Assembly: GCF_009914755.1 (NCBI RefSeq)
Contig: NC_060928.1
Length of the DNA stretch: 64,000 nt
Reading direction: 5' to 3' (one strand)
Origin: the human T2T-CHM13v2.0 reference genome, Homo sapiens
Below the pieces are notes generated by a model, which saw only the letters and a list, made by a program, of their open reading frames with translations, searched no databases and had not been told where the DNA came from. Position numbers and translations under genes: made by a program. This document shows, piece by piece, positions 60,631-64,000 of the stretch. Position 1 is the stretch's first letter. Each line of letters opens with the position of its first letter.

Positions 60631-63040
60631 TCTGTAAAATAATAGTTATACCAGAGGTTTTTGAACCACACTTAGAAGCTGTATTTTCGTCTGTATTTCC
60701 GAACCTCCCTGGCAGTGTACATTTTTTGTGGGTAATGAAATTTTAAATAATTTTAGGCTGAAGAAGCTAAGCTGGCCTGTTTTTAAATCTGTTTTCCCCC
60801 AACTGGATGACATTGGAAACCTTGTATTACAGATTATGAAACTAATCATGAAGTGTAATGTAATATTAACTTTGTTGTATAATTTCACTACATTTCTATT
60901 TGTAATTTTTTTGGTTTGGTGTTAGTCAAACTAAATAGTGATTTATTTTAAATGTTTCTATAACATATTTTTGTGTGAATAGATACATAAATTTAGAAAG
61001 AATAAAAAAGGCAATTTTCCTGAATACGAAACTTTTTTTCTGCTTTTAAATTATTCACATATCATATGAAGCTGGTGTTTCCCAAAGTATGTTATGTTCT
61101 ACTCAATATTGATCCTGGAGATATTCATCAAAGTAATTCATGTGCCAATAAATTTTAAAAATCCCATTTTATATACTGAATCATCCTAAATCTCTCCTTG
61201 GAGATTGAAACTAGCATATGTAAAATTTATATAAATCCTTCAGTGAATCAAATAATTTAAGTAAGTATAATTCAGTGCTTATATAATCCAAAACATATAT
61301 TATAAACTTTGACCTCATAACATAATCTAATTGCCACAAAATAAACATTAGAAAATACTTTATTAAATTATATTTAATTATACGTATCATAAATATACTG
61401 AAAATGAAAACAAATCATACTGAATATTTTAATGTGTATGTAAAAATACATATTAGTGCATGTATATTTAAATGTATTATATCTATAATTTAATATATAG
61501 TAAAACTACTTTTCAGTAAGAATGGTTCAGGCTTGAACCTTCTAGATTGAAAGTTTCTTTAGAGCAGATATTAGATCTTATTCATCTATGAATTTCCAAT
61601 GTTTTCAATGTGTTTTAATAGGCTCTTTAAAATATTTGTCAACAAATAAGTGAGATTTTCCTCTATTAGTATTGTCATTTTATACTCCTGTAAAATTTAA
61701 AGATGAGTAGAAAGCTGAAAGTGGAGCCCAGAGAAGTAGAGGACATTGCGTTCCAAGTTTATATATTGATGAGATTGGTAAGATAATACATATTAAATTC
61801 AGTTAAATTTATTTAGATTATAAACTCTTCACTAGATTCTGATGCTCATGTTTAAAAAAATAATTTTGTAATTATTAATATAAAAATAACATAGGTTTAA
61901 CATTTATAGATGAGTTCAATGGCATTATGAGAGAAATTATCATTTCAACTCTTTCCATTATTGGCCTTAAGTGACCTACATTCTAAGGTTTTATAATTGG
62001 TTCTCTCTAAGATAGATTTTTCTTGGCTATGGTAAAGAGGTAAATATATAAATATAAAACACTGCTAGAATGAAAATAAAAGTGTATCTCAGAAATATGT
62101 AGCTCATATTTATTTTATTCTAAATTGTAAAAATGAAGAGACAATTTCCTTAGAAAATTTAGTTACCTATAATTTTAATTATTTGTATGAAATACTTATA
62201 CCCAATGATGGGGTTCAGTGATTCCTCAAGCCAGTCTATTTTCTCTGGTCACCATTATTACTATTAGTACATGAAATCATTTTTATTGTAATGCCTTGCC
62301 AATAATTGTGGCATTATAAAAATAACTTACAGAAGTCTGTGAATCAAAATCAAATGTGCTGTCTTTAATCTATTTTTAAAATGTTTCCTATTACAAGAAA
62401 CAACAAGTACTGTTATGATAACTGTATGTAGAAAAAAAGACTTTAATAATTTACCCAAAGACGCACACTTGTTTTATGTGACTTAAAGTATCTGTAAAAT
62501 GTATCATATATCTATTTTTGTCAAGCACATTTTATATGTCAAATGAAATCGTGATGCATAAGAACATTATTCTTGATGGAGAATAATTACTGAGGGTATA
62601 AATTTCCAAAAACTAACAGAATACATTTTTAAATAGAAAATAATCTGGATTTATATAATGAATTTCATCATGATTTTAATTAATCTGAAAGCTTCTATTC
62701 TATACTTTAGAGGGTGGCCTGGAGTATTGTTATTATTATGTATTAAAAATTACTACGAATTAATAATGTTCACGGTGGTTACCAAAGTTCATAGAAAGAG
62801 TTGTTCCACATACTTTAAGTTGATTTACATAGCACAGATTTGTGAGGTGAGTGCCAAATCTATTTCAAATATTGTATTGGAAGCATCTGGCTTAGCTTCC
62901 AAATTTTGTATGGCAAAGCTTCATACAAATTTTCCCAGCAATTAACCGTCAAAGCCAGATCTGTAGTACTTGGTTCAGACTTGTTAAGTGTTATTCCTTC
63001 CATTTCAATGATAAAATAAAATCAATTTTTAAAATGCTCA

Positions 63041-63437
<397 letters not shown>

Positions 63438-64000
63438 TTAAAGGTGAAATATTTGAAGTGGAATAAAAATAGAGGGTATAGTTATACCAGAATTTCTTTA
63501 ATAAACCCAGGTTTTAATGGAGTTCATACAAAAGATTTAAGGAGCAACGGGATCTAAGAGAGAAAAAAAAAATAAGTGGACTGCTTCATCCTTGAGCACA
63601 GAATTGAGATGGCTAAATTCCAGAATTACTTGAGGCTTTGAGACTGGCTTTCACAGGGTACAGTGACTTGGGTTCCTACAGGAAGCTATAATCAGGGAAG
63701 AGAAATTTTGTTTAAGGTGGGTTTTGAAGACAATTTTTGGCCATTGCTCACCAGGAGTGTAATGATGGCTTTTAGACATTTTTCTCTTAAGAATTTCATT
63801 TAACCACAATTGATGGACTATTTAAGTACCGGGGCAAACGCATTCTTCCCAGTCTTTGTGACTAAATGAGGAAAACCAGTAACAACTGCAATAATATATG
63901 AAAATGGATACTGTTTATTGAGTGCTGTTAATAACTAAAGAACTGATAACAACCCTACTGAGTATTAACAACTACTATACTCCTTTTTGAGATAAGAAGA

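Overview
AT-rich primate (human or great ape; young AluY/AluYd present) genomic DNA, almost entirely intronic. Four coding exons of a minus-strand gene splice in frame: 54192-54074, 35231-35082, 13543-13436 and 9351-9227. They give (G)[39 protein letters not shown]|[15 protein letters not shown]...QKVVQ|[26 protein letters not shown]...TLQ|[41 protein letters not shown](R), which I recognise from memory as the C-terminal beta-propeller-like region of follistatin-like 5 (FSTL5). The rest is ~19 Alus, a ~8 kb old L1M carrying seven co-oriented Alus, L2/MIR/CR1, MaLR/ERV LTRs and DNA-transposon fossils. The most notable structures not explained by these are: a ~404-bp, ~96%-identical inverted duplication around a 1.43-kb spacer (57536-59775); a perfect 31-bp-stem hairpin with a template-switch scar (31294-31393); a GC-AG intron with a strong competing GT donor 240 nt downstream; and an exon whose first bases regenerate a 5' splice site after splicing. 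The ORF track is almost all Alu, L1 or chance ORFs. Repeat subfamily names are from recall of consensus sequences, and repeat boundaries are approximate.
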